This document shows, piece by piece, positions 40,514-47,859 of a stretch of 64,000 nucleotides of DNA; the first letter of the stretch is position 1; every line of letters starts with the position of its first letter. The stretch is from positions 4,131 to 68,130 of the forward strand of contig JACPOZ010000021.1 in the NCBI GenBank assembly GCA_016191235.1, written 5' to 3'. The notes under the pieces were generated by a model that searched no databases, was not told where the DNA came from, and was given only the letters and a program-made list of their open reading frames with translations. The DNA is from Gammaproteobacteria bacterium. Lineage in GTDB: Bacteria; Pseudomonadota; Gammaproteobacteria; Ga0077554; Ga007554. The translations under genes and the position numbers were made by a program.

Positions 40514-41578
40514 TCAGGATGGGTCAGCATCTTTGGCGCAGCGAAATCCAAAGAAATCGGATGCGGCGTAAGGCCAAGAGAAATTCCGGTGATAGGTCGA
40601 GGTGGAAAATGGATCGCTCTTCCAGGAACCACCGCGCAGAACCTTGTAGCGCTTTTCTGTAGGCACCAGATCCACAATTTTCAGCGACCTGTCCGCCGCC
40701 GAATTTATCTGGGCAATTTTGGCCTTAAAAACATCCTCCGGCGCATCACTGCCCGCATACGGGAGCAGGTCATTTTCAACCCACTGGCTGACATTGCCTG
40801 CCATGCCAAGCACCCCATAAGGACTTGCCCCTGAAGGATAAGCTGTTACAGGCGTGGTTGAGCCTACTGAATAATAGGTGTTCAATCGCGTAGGGTCCAT
40901 TTTATCCCCCCATGGCCAGCGCCGCCCATCCACGCCGCGCGCCGCTTTCTCCCACTCCGCCTCGGTGGGCAGGCGCTTCCCCGCCCATTTTGCGTAACTC
41001 ACTGCATCAAACCACGACACCATCGTCACAGGATGCAACTCGGCACCCTCGGGAATTCTGCCCTTACGCCAATTCAGGGGCGGTCGATGGCCCGCCGCTA
41101 CAAAGCGCGCATATTGGGCGTTGGTTACCGGATATTTATCAATCAGATACGGCCTTAGCACGACGCGATGCTGTGGACGGTTTTGCACATCGTCGCGCTC
41201 CCGATCCGTACCCATCACAAATTCACCTGCGGGGATCAAAATAGTCGAATCCACTTCACGCCATTGCTCAGGCGTCAACAGTGCCTCCACCTCGGCTGGC
41301 GTATAAGCTACCGCCACAGCCCCTTCGCTTGCCCTACGCTTGTTAAGCGTTATATCCTCGCCCGCTGCCCGGATTTTACTATGCATTTCTTTGAGGTCAT
41401 AAGAGGCTTTACTGCGCATATCCGCCATGCGGTTGGAACCGAGCTTCACCACATGCAAGGTTGCAAAGATCATGGTCAAGGCAACACATGAGACCAAGGT
41501 TGCCGCAATATACCGCTTGCGTATGGCAATCTGCCCTGGGGTCGCAACTCGGGCACTACGAATCTCGCCCGACCTCAC
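40514..41578 (-). CDS. membrane-anchored formylglycine-generating-enzyme (FGE-sulfatase/SUMF1/NirV) family protein
   Basis: 354 aa with an N-terminal TM anchor. Motifs: GEFVMGTD, HRVVLRPYLIDKYPVTNAQYARFV, HPVTMVSWFDAVSYAKWAGKRLPTEAEWEKAARG, RVLRGGSW and FGFRCAKD. Start overlaps the upstream stop (ATGA type). Confidence 0.85.
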   Translation of the reverse strand: MRSGEIRSARVATPGQIAIRKRYIAATLVSCVALTMIFATLHVVKLGSNRMADMRSKASYDLKEMHSKIRAAGEDITLNKRRASEGAVAVAYTPAEVEALLTPEQWREVDSTILIPAGEFVMGTDRERDDVQNRPQHRVVLRPYLIDKYPVTNAQYARFVAAGHRPPLNWRKGRIPEGAELHPVTMVSWFDAVSYAKWAGKRLPTEAEWEKAARGVDGRRWPWGDKMDPTRLNTYYSVGSTTPVTAYPSGASPYGVLGMAGNVSQWVENDLLPYAGSDAPEDVFKAKIAQINSAADRSLKIVDLVPTEKRYKVLRGGSWKSDPFSTSTYHRNFSWPYAASDFFGFRCAKDADPS

Positions 41579-42096
41579 TTTTCTACTCCAGACGATACAC
41601 TGTCGGCACCCGGCAGACTCTCGGGAGCTAATTCGCTGCCTGCCTTTTTGTAGAGCCTATGCCGCAAATGGCTGGGAGTACGCCCATAGGTCTTTTTCAC
41701 AACAATTTCACCCACCAGGCCACCTACCCCCGCGAGTTCCATGGCAATCAAAACAACCAGCAGCCAGTATACCAATGGAAGCAGTCTAACGCCCTCCGGT
41801 ATCGCGGTATAGCCGTAGAAGACATCCAGATACTTATACCCCTGCACAATAAAAGGCACAAAAAATGCCAACAGCTTACCCCCAAATCCGTAAATCAACG
41901 CGACGGGGAGTCCGGCAACAAACGGCACCAAAAAGAGCGACATAGCCCAATCATAAGTGAAATAATCAATCCCGGAAAACAAGTGCAGTTGCACGCCTGT
42001 CCAACGGTCACCAATAACATTGATGATAACACCCACCGTTATGGCAATGGTCGCCATCAGAACATCAAGGAGCCTGCTTTTAATTTTTCCGTTCAT
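41575..42096 (-). CDS. polytopic membrane protein (hypothetical)
   Basis: 173 aa, about 5 TM helices. Has 4-nt overlaps with both neighbouring genes. Confidence 0.6.
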   Translation of the reverse strand: MNGKIKSRLLDVLMATIAITVGVIINVIGDRWTGVQLHLFSGIDYFTYDWAMSLFLVPFVAGLPVALIYGFGGKLLAFFVPFIVQGYKYLDVFYGYTAIPEGVRLLPLVYWLLVVLIAMELAGVGGLVGEIVVKKTYGRTPSHLRHRLYKKAGSELAPESLPGADSVSSGVEK

Positions 42097-42602
42097 TGGG
42101 GCGTTTTACCTGCTGCAAGATAAGGCTTGCCTGTCAGCTTCTCAAACTCTGCCTTTTTAGTCTCTTCCAGATACCAATCCTGCACCTTCAGGCTAGCCAT
42201 ATACGAAGCAAGGACTTTGCGCTCTTCCTCGGAAAGATGTGCATAGGAAGGCATTTTATACATTTTTTTCAATCGCGTAGGAAGAATCGCCTGGGGGTTC
42301 TCGGCAGAAAAATACGCATAAAACCACTGCTCGTCACGCAATGAGCCAATACCATCCAATGCCGGAGCAGGCACATTAGCGCTCATATCCCGCACACTCC
42401 ACAGTGAGTGACAGTTTTTACATTCAAGCCGTCGATAAAGATCGGAACCCGCAACCTCCAGCTGGGAGGACGCCGCTGAATAAAAGGGGATACCACGATC
42501 CACCTCTTTTTTTTCAGTGTTCAATTGCCATATTTTGTGGCCCACCAGCACCACAGACAAAACCGCAATAACGGCAAGAATGCCCTTCTCGCCTTTACGC
42601 AT
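42093..42602 (-). CDS. membrane-anchored monoheme c-type cytochrome (short FixO/CcoO-like)
   Basis: 169 aa with an N-terminal TM helix and a single CKNCH heme motif. The downstream PAPALDGIGSLRDEQWFYAYFSAENPQAILPTRLKKMYKMPSY resembles the CcoO signature. Confidence 0.72.
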   Translation of the reverse strand: MRKGEKGILAVIAVLSVVLVGHKIWQLNTEKKEVDRGIPFYSAASSQLEVAGSDLYRRLECKNCHSLWSVRDMSANVPAPALDGIGSLRDEQWFYAYFSAENPQAILPTRLKKMYKMPSYAHLSEEERKVLASYMASLKVQDWYLEETKKAEFEKLTGKPYLAAGKTPQ

Positions 42603-42610
42603 TTAAATTC

Positions 42611-42871
42611 CTACTTATCTTTCTTCGCCAGGTTCTCTTCCCGGCGCTGTATCTGATGTTTCATCACTTCCTGGCTTTTTGAAAATTCCTCGGGTGACAT
42701 CTTGTTTTTATCCTTCTCGTCAAAGACAACGTATTTAATGTCCTCGTCAAACTGCTCGTTCTTGGCCGCCCACCACATAAAATAACCCGCCGCGATCAAA
42801 ATAAATGCTGCGGCGACAAGCCAAACATATATGGTCCAACCATCGGGTAAAGATTGCAGGTATTCAGTCAT
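42611..42871 (-). CDS. CcoS/FixS-like small membrane protein
   Basis: 86 aa. One TM helix followed by WWAAKNEQFDEDIKYVVFDEKD, which matches the W-x3-(S/N)-(G/E)-Q-(F/Y)-(D/E)-D pattern of cbb3 maturation protein CcoS. AGGAGA SD. Confidence 0.55.
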   Translation of the reverse strand: MTEYLQSLPDGWTIYVWLVAAAFILIAAGYFMWWAAKNEQFDEDIKYVVFDEKDKNKMSPEEFSKSQEVMKHQIQRREENLAKKDK

Positions 42872-42880
42872 GTCTTTCTC

Positions 42881-43228
42881 CTAGAAGAGGTAACCTTCGA
42901 TCATTTGCGTCCAGCCAAAAGTCACACCAATAATAATGCCCATAATGAGGGCGCCGAACATCACCTTTTCCCCGGTTTTCAACACTCGCTTGCTTTTTTT
43001 CATGTAGATATAAATCATGAAGGCGAACAATATAACCTGCATTATCAAAAAAACGAAAATGGCGATACTGTAACGGTGGCTATTCAGCCCTTCAATGGTC
43101 AGATCAAGACCAAACAGGCTGCTGGGGCCTTCTTGCACCTTTGCCAGCGCCGCTCCAGAATATTCCCCGAACCGGGTATTTGCAAGAAGAGTTGATAAGA
43201 ACGACCGAAACTCATTCCACATATTCAT
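42881..43228 (-). CDS. small membrane protein (hypothetical)
   Basis: 115 aa with two predicted TM helices. First gene after a 400-bp non-coding gap; weak SD. Confidence 0.45.
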   Translation of the reverse strand: MNMWNEFRSFLSTLLANTRFGEYSGAALAKVQEGPSSLFGLDLTIEGLNSHRYSIAIFVFLIMQVILFAFMIYIYMKKSKRVLKTGEKVMFGALIMGIIIGVTFGWTQMIEGYLF

Positions 43229-43436
43229 AATTACCTAATACACCGTATCACCGCATGATGAGAAAGAGTGCTGCACTATGCGCCCGTCTCGCCATTCAAT
43301 CGTACGATAAGCACGATAAATCCAACACTTTTATAGACAGAAAATAGCAGCAATCGTTCGTTTTGAGAGTCGCACAACTTTTGCTAGTATAGTGCATCGT
43401 TCTTCACGGTATTTATGCGCAAACCATTGTAGTTCT

Positions 43437-43475
43437 GGCTTTAGCCCAACATGTCGGGTTAAAACCCGACCTACC
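43437..43475. repeat. REP-like hairpin
   Basis: ggctttagcccaacatgtcgggttaaaacccgacctacc (stem gtcgggtt/aacccgac). I recall it resembling a widespread proteobacterial repeat family (not checked). Confidence 0.4.
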
Positions 43476-43546
43476 ATGCGTTGCTGGCTGTGCCCATAAG
43501 TTCCAGATAGCTTGCAACACCATACTAGCCACTAGAAGTGCAGGGC

Positions 43547-43584
43547 AATAAAAAAGATGCCGCCCTTCATCAGAGCGGCATCTT
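43547..43584 (-). terminator. rho-independent terminator ending the oxidase operon
   Basis: 10-bp stem aagatgccgc / gcggcatctt with an 11-nt loop, followed on the minus strand by ttttatt. Confidence 0.7.
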
Positions 43585-43629
43585 AGCAGGATATTACCTT
43601 ACCTACCCAGCGGGTAGGCAGACATCAAA

Positions 43630-43782
43630 CTACTTGAATGCCTCAGCATCCTTCGCCATTTGCTTGTCTTCCTTATGCTCACGCCAGTATTTATCCACGA
43701 TTGTGCTGTACAGGAATGGCGCGGTAAACACAAAGGCGATGATTGCCGCCGCCACCATAGTAAGGTTGTCGATATCGATCAT
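43630..43782 (-). CDS. 50-aa single-TM micro-protein (CcoQ-like by size and topology only)
   Basis: Not in the ORF track. AAGGAGG lies 8 nt before the ATG at 43782. Sequence is MIDIDNLTMVAAAIIAFVFTAPFLYSTIVDKYWREHKEDKQMAKDAEAFK. It starts 25 nt after the preceding stop and is followed by a terminator. Confidence 0.55.
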   Translation of the reverse strand: MIDIDNLTMVAAAIIAFVFTAPFLYSTIVDKYWREHKEDKQMAKDAEAFK

Positions 43783-43807
43783 GCTTTAGTCCTCCTTAAA
43801 AATTAAA

Positions 43808-44440
43808 TCAAGTAGTGACGGGCTTCTTGGAGAAGTGTGGCAAGCGCTTGATCATGATGAACATCCACAAGCAGTAGTAGCTCACGTAGAACACGTCAAT
43901 AGTGTATCCCTTGTCCCACCAAGGCTGCTTGCGCTCCCTCACGCCATCCGCACGGAAATTGCCCTCGAAGTTGGCCAAAACAACCTTGTCACCCAACACC
44001 GTGAAGTTGTCAAGAGGATATTTGGTCTGCTTCTGTAGTTCAATGATGTGCGGAGCCAGATTCTGCAAGTCGTACCAGTCGATGGGATGACGTTCAAGCT
44101 GACCTTTCAATGCGTTATCCGGCGCCCTGTTGTATGCCTCGGTGTTGATGTATTTCATCTTCTCCTCGGCGGTGGCAAGCTTCTGCACCTCCGGAGAATT
44201 CATCAACTCCACGTGGGTTTGATAAATTGCAGCCGTCGGCCTTTGCCCCCATATTGGCATGGTAAGCATGAATGCAGTGAGAATGATCAGTGCAATCAGG
44301 AACGTCAGCGGGAAGGGGAGGCGATTATTCGCCGGGTGTATCAACCCACCCATTCTTTCCTCGCCCCACATCTTTAATATTTGCTGCTGTTCTTGCTCAT
44401 CAGAAAGCGAGTACAGCGGGTTATCCATTTTCCAGGCCAT
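43808..44440 (-). CDS. two-TM membrane protein occupying the CcoP position (no heme motif)
   Basis: 210 aa. AAGAGGGG SD, 26 nt after the CcoO-like stop. TM helices LPFPLTFLIALIILTAFMLTMPIW and IDVFYVSYYCLWMFIMI. No CxxCH. Confidence 0.6.
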   Translation of the reverse strand: MAWKMDNPLYSLSDEQEQQQILKMWGEERMGGLIHPANNRLPFPLTFLIALIILTAFMLTMPIWGQRPTAAIYQTHVELMNSPEVQKLATAEEKMKYINTEAYNRAPDNALKGQLERHPIDWYDLQNLAPHIIELQKQTKYPLDNFTVLGDKVVLANFEGNFRADGVRERKQPWWDKGYTIDVFYVSYYCLWMFIMIKRLPHFSKKPVTT

Positions 44441-44466
44441 AATATACCCCTCTTATATATGATTGA

Positions 44467-45441
44467 TTACTTCAGACTCAGAACCCAGTCAATCAAGGCA
44501 CGGATTTCGCTATCGGGCGCGTAATCGGGTACCTCTGGCGGATAGGTTCTCTTGCCTTCGGAGTACTCCTTATATTCGGCGCGCCACTTATCAAAGTCGA
44601 TAGTGTTTCCCTGCGCGTCTTTATCACCCCACAGGTAGTCAAAACGCGGCATGATGGAGTTGACCTGCACCAATCTGGGATTGAAGAAGTGCATCATCAT
44701 CCACTCGCGAGAGGAGTTTCTGGAAGCGACGTGGAGAATATCCGGCGCTTTGCGGTCGGAACCGAATGCGGTCGGATTTTCACCATTGAAGTCGCCCAGG
44801 TAGGGAGGGGCACCAAAAGCCTGCCAATCCTGGGTCTGCTCAGGCAGGAGGGTATGGCACCACCAGCATCCCTGCACGACAAACTCCGTCTTGCCTTTGG
44901 AAATGAGATGGGTATTCTTATCTCCGGCAGCAGCAAGGGTAGCATCAGGCGTCCAACCCTTGGTCACCGAGGCATTTTCGATGTAGGTCAGCTCTTCACC
45001 ATTAAACTCACCGAGCGCCAGCGTGAAGACCACACCTTCCTGACTCCCTTTGCTATGATTCGAGCCGCTGACAGTACTAATTTGCCCTTGGCTTTCGCTC
45101 AGGTCCTGGACGCCCTTACCCAGATCGTGGGGGTGCCGGATATTCGGCGGCATCGGAACACCCGCCTTGTACACATACGCCCTCACCGGCGGATCCAGCT
45201 TTGCGCCGGTTTTAGGGTCCGTCTCCAGATCGACAGTGATAGGTCTGTTGATACCCAGCAATAGCGGATCAGCATAACCAAACCCTATGTCGAACCCTGC
45301 CGACAACTGCTTCTCCAGGGCCATCTTGGTTGACACCGCAGACCTCAAGTCAAAGCTAGGCATGAAGATTGTGATAGTCATCGAGAGTCCTAACGCACCC
45401 CCGACCATTGCGGCACCTAATCTATACTCTTTAAAAGCCAT
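44467..45441 (-). CDS. enlarged CcoO/FixO-like monoheme cytochrome c subunit
   Basis: ORF trimmed to the ATG at 45441 (GGGAGGG SD). One TM anchor and a single CWWCH. CcoO signature ...FGSDRKAPDILHVASRNSSREWMMMHFFNPRLVQVNSIMPRFDYLW. Roughly 125-140 extra residues lie between the anchor and the heme motif. Confidence 0.8.
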   Translation of the reverse strand: MAFKEYRLGAAMVGGALGLSMTITIFMPSFDLRSAVSTKMALEKQLSAGFDIGFGYADPLLLGINRPITVDLETDPKTGAKLDPPVRAYVYKAGVPMPPNIRHPHDLGKGVQDLSESQGQISTVSGSNHSKGSQEGVVFTLALGEFNGEELTYIENASVTKGWTPDATLAAAGDKNTHLISKGKTEFVVQGCWWCHTLLPEQTQDWQAFGAPPYLGDFNGENPTAFGSDRKAPDILHVASRNSSREWMMMHFFNPRLVQVNSIMPRFDYLWGDKDAQGNTIDFDKWRAEYKEYSEGKRTYPPEVPDYAPDSEIRALIDWVLSLK

Positions 45442-45473
45442 TTTTATCCCTCCCAACTATTGGTTCACATTAT

Positions 45474-45502
45474 ATCCCCCGGCAACTAGGCGTCCGGGGG
45501 AT
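45474..45502 (-). promoter_or_regulatory. intercistronic stem-loop between the ccoN-like and ccoO-like genes
   Basis: atcccccgg-N11-ccgggggat, a 9-bp perfect stem within the 94-nt spacer. No T-run on the minus strand. Confidence 0.4.
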
Positions 45503-45535
45503 TTTAGGATCATGTAACGATATCAGATGCCTCTT

Positions 45536-46945
45536 TTAACGCTCGTATGCCAACTCGTGAGCATAACGGCCATCTGGAACCAACGTACCCACGCGGGCGG
45601 TCATCCACATGTTGTAGAGCCACACCAAATTGCCGGTAAACACCATGGTGCCACCAACCCAGCGTGCGATCATGTAGGGGTGCTCTGCAATCACGACGTC
45701 GATATAAGGCACCTCGTAGATCTTGCCAGCACCCTGGATCAGACCTGCGATTGTCATTGATATCCAGTAGGTACAGAAGCCGATCAGCACGAACCAGTAG
45801 TGGAAGTTGGCCAAGGCCAAGGAGTACAGCTTTCTCTTTAGCATCTGCTGCAGGCCAAAATAGACCGCCGCGATTTCCAGGAAGGTGGACATTCCCAGCA
45901 AAGCCAAGTGGGCATGTGCCACGATCCAGCCCGTGCCATGGATGAACCAGTTAATGGAGCGGGTCTGCTGGAATCCACCCTGCATGTTAAGGGGAATCGC
46001 CAGAAACACGCCAGTAACGGAGAATTTGATCTCGATGTTCTCCACGAACATGCTCCACTTACCTTTCATGGTCAACAAAATGTTGGCAACAAAGGCAACG
46101 GCGGGGATCAAAATCAACACACCTTCCACGGAGGCAAAGGACTTCAGCCACTCAGGCAATGGCGAGGACATCAAGTGGTGCGAGGCCGGGGTCGAATAAA
46201 ACACGACGATCGACCAGAAGTGCATATGGCCGATGCGATGCGAGTAGAGCGGGTTACCCGTCAGCTTGGGAATTGTATAGTACGCAATTGCTGCTGCGAC
46301 CGGGGTAATCCACAGGCCCAAAAGATTATGGGCATTCCACCAGGTCAGGTACGCTTCAGACAAGCCTGTGAGGTGGAAATACTCAGGGGAGTTACCGACT
46401 AACAGCACGATACCGACCATGAAGGTACAGGCGCCGAAGAACCAGTTGGTGATATAAATACCTTGAGTACGACGGTGAGCGATCGTCATGATGACGTTGA
46501 CGCACAACGGCGCGATAACACCAAGCAGTATCACCAGGTCAAACGGCCATGCAAAATCGGAATACTCACGGCCCGAGGTGATGCCGATCCAAAGGCTGAG
46601 CAGCGCCGAGGAAAGACCGACGTTCCATAAGAGCGCCGTCCAGAGACCCAACTTTTCCGACCACATCCGGGTATTACCCAAAGCAGGCGTCATATACATC
46701 ATGGTCATGGCAAATGCCATGGAAATCCAGCCGACGATCACTGCGAGAACATGCACCTGACGCATATGACCGAATGCGAACAGCTCCGTACCGGTTACAA
46801 AATCCGGGAACGCCAGCTTTGCGGCATTAAACGAACCCAAGCCCGTTCCGACCACAAACCAGAAAATAGCGGAAAATCCAAAGAATATCGCCGCTGATCC
46901 TGGCGGGATATCCTCATTCTTTGCGGACAAATATTTAAATAACAT
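45536..46945 (-). CDS. C-family (cbb3-type) heme-copper oxidase subunit I, CcoN-like
   Basis: 469 aa, about 12 TM helices. Motifs: FGHMRQVHVLAV (helix II His), GREYSDFAWPFDL, WWNAHNLLG (CuB His), FYSTPASHH (Y-x5-HH) and WIVAHAHLALLGM (HxH). GGAGGTGAGGGG SD. Confidence 0.9.
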   Translation of the reverse strand: MLFKYLSAKNEDIPPGSAAIFFGFSAIFWFVVGTGLGSFNAAKLAFPDFVTGTELFAFGHMRQVHVLAVIVGWISMAFAMTMMYMTPALGNTRMWSEKLGLWTALLWNVGLSSALLSLWIGITSGREYSDFAWPFDLVILLGVIAPLCVNVIMTIAHRRTQGIYITNWFFGACTFMVGIVLLVGNSPEYFHLTGLSEAYLTWWNAHNLLGLWITPVAAAIAYYTIPKLTGNPLYSHRIGHMHFWSIVVFYSTPASHHLMSSPLPEWLKSFASVEGVLILIPAVAFVANILLTMKGKWSMFVENIEIKFSVTGVFLAIPLNMQGGFQQTRSINWFIHGTGWIVAHAHLALLGMSTFLEIAAVYFGLQQMLKRKLYSLALANFHYWFVLIGFCTYWISMTIAGLIQGAGKIYEVPYIDVVIAEHPYMIARWVGGTMVFTGNLVWLYNMWMTARVGTLVPDGRYAHELAYER

Positions 46946-47002
46946 AACCCCTCACCTCCCAGGTAGTAACACTAACCTTTATTCTGCCCAAACAAACACA
47001 AG

Positions 47003-47095
47003 TTACTCTTTCATCATATTCAGAAGATACCAAGACATCCACATACTCGAGAACGCGAGCAAGATACCGCAACCACCAGCGAATGTCGCCAACAT
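47003..47095 (-). CDS. 30-aa hydrophobic micro-ORF upstream of the ccoN-like gene (hypothetical)
   Basis: Not in the ORF track. GGGGG lies 7 nt before the ATG at 47095. Sequence is MLATFAGGCGILLAFSSMWMSWYLLNMMKE. Confidence 0.35.
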   Translation of the reverse strand: MLATFAGGCGILLAFSSMWMSWYLLNMMKE

Positions 47096-47185
47096 AATGA
47101 AACCCCCTTTAATTAAAAACTGAAGAGACTAGCTACCAGCAAAGGAAATACCAGCAAGGAAACCCATGATTCCCCGCCCAACCTA

Positions 47186-47491
47186 TTAAAAATACGCTGG
47201 CTTTTCACCTTTGGCGACGGCCTCGGCCTCAAGCTTGCCGTGCCTGCTCATCGCCATCACCTGAATGATGAAGAACGCAACCCCGAAGGCGATCATCATA
47301 CAGTCGACAAACCCCGAAAAAGTCGCCGGATTGTATTGCTCTGCACCCCAGCCGCCCCAGCTTTCATAGGGGCCACGCCCTACGGCACACATCACTGCGG
47401 CGCCGAACACACTTCCATTACCCATGCCAGTGGTCACACCACCGATAAAAGCGGGAAAAAATATTTTCCCCAAAGTCAGCTTATTATTCAT
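47186..47491 (-). CDS. small membrane protein (hypothetical), first gene of the oxidase operon
   Basis: 101 aa. GGGAGGG SD 4 nt before the ATG at 47491. Two Gly-rich TM helices. Confidence 0.55.
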   Translation of the reverse strand: MNNKLTLGKIFFPAFIGGVTTGMGNGSVFGAAVMCAVGRGPYESWGGWGAEQYNPATFSGFVDCMMIAFGVAFFIIQVMAMSRHGKLEAEAVAKGEKPAYF

Positions 47492-47859
47492 CTATCCCTC
47501 CCATATGGTTGCTGCTGCTTATGCACTTACTCGTTAACTGTGCAAACCCGGAATGACACATGGCGAATGTCATTCGCCATCTATTACCACTAATAAAAAC
47601 AAATTGCAAGGTGGCGTCAAGCTAATCCCTTATAAACTGCATCCCATATCTGATCGTGCCATATGGCTGCATCCGACGTCAAGACGTGTTTTGCATTTAT
47701 GTTCGCATGCCATTCACGGCCTCATTAGGCAGCCATTGCACGGGGGCATGCAGCAGGCGTTCTGCACACCTCATCCATCTACGCAATTCCTCGTATTTCC
47801 AGGCAATAAGCACTTATGGCGCCGAGGAGGTCAAGGCGTGGACGCATAAAATATCCGGA

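Noticed and set aside
43229-43629. Possible sRNA or independent gene in the 400-bp gap between the two oxidase-locus operons (a TTGAGA-N16-TAGTAT promoter-like string on the plus strand, and the 10-bp palindrome atcgtacgat at about 43298).
   Set aside because: No terminator follows on the plus strand, there is no conserved structure I can recognise, and the promoter-like match is weak. The gap most likely holds the companion-operon promoter plus a REP-like hairpin.
45536-46945. Interpretation of the subunit I homolog as a nitric-oxide reductase (NorB/qNor) rather than an oxidase.
   Set aside because: The Y-x5-HH arrangement and the CcoO-type partner point to the cbb3 oxidase lineage. I could not identify the Glu cluster expected around an FeB site. 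I have not excluded it experimentally, so it remains listed as something to test.
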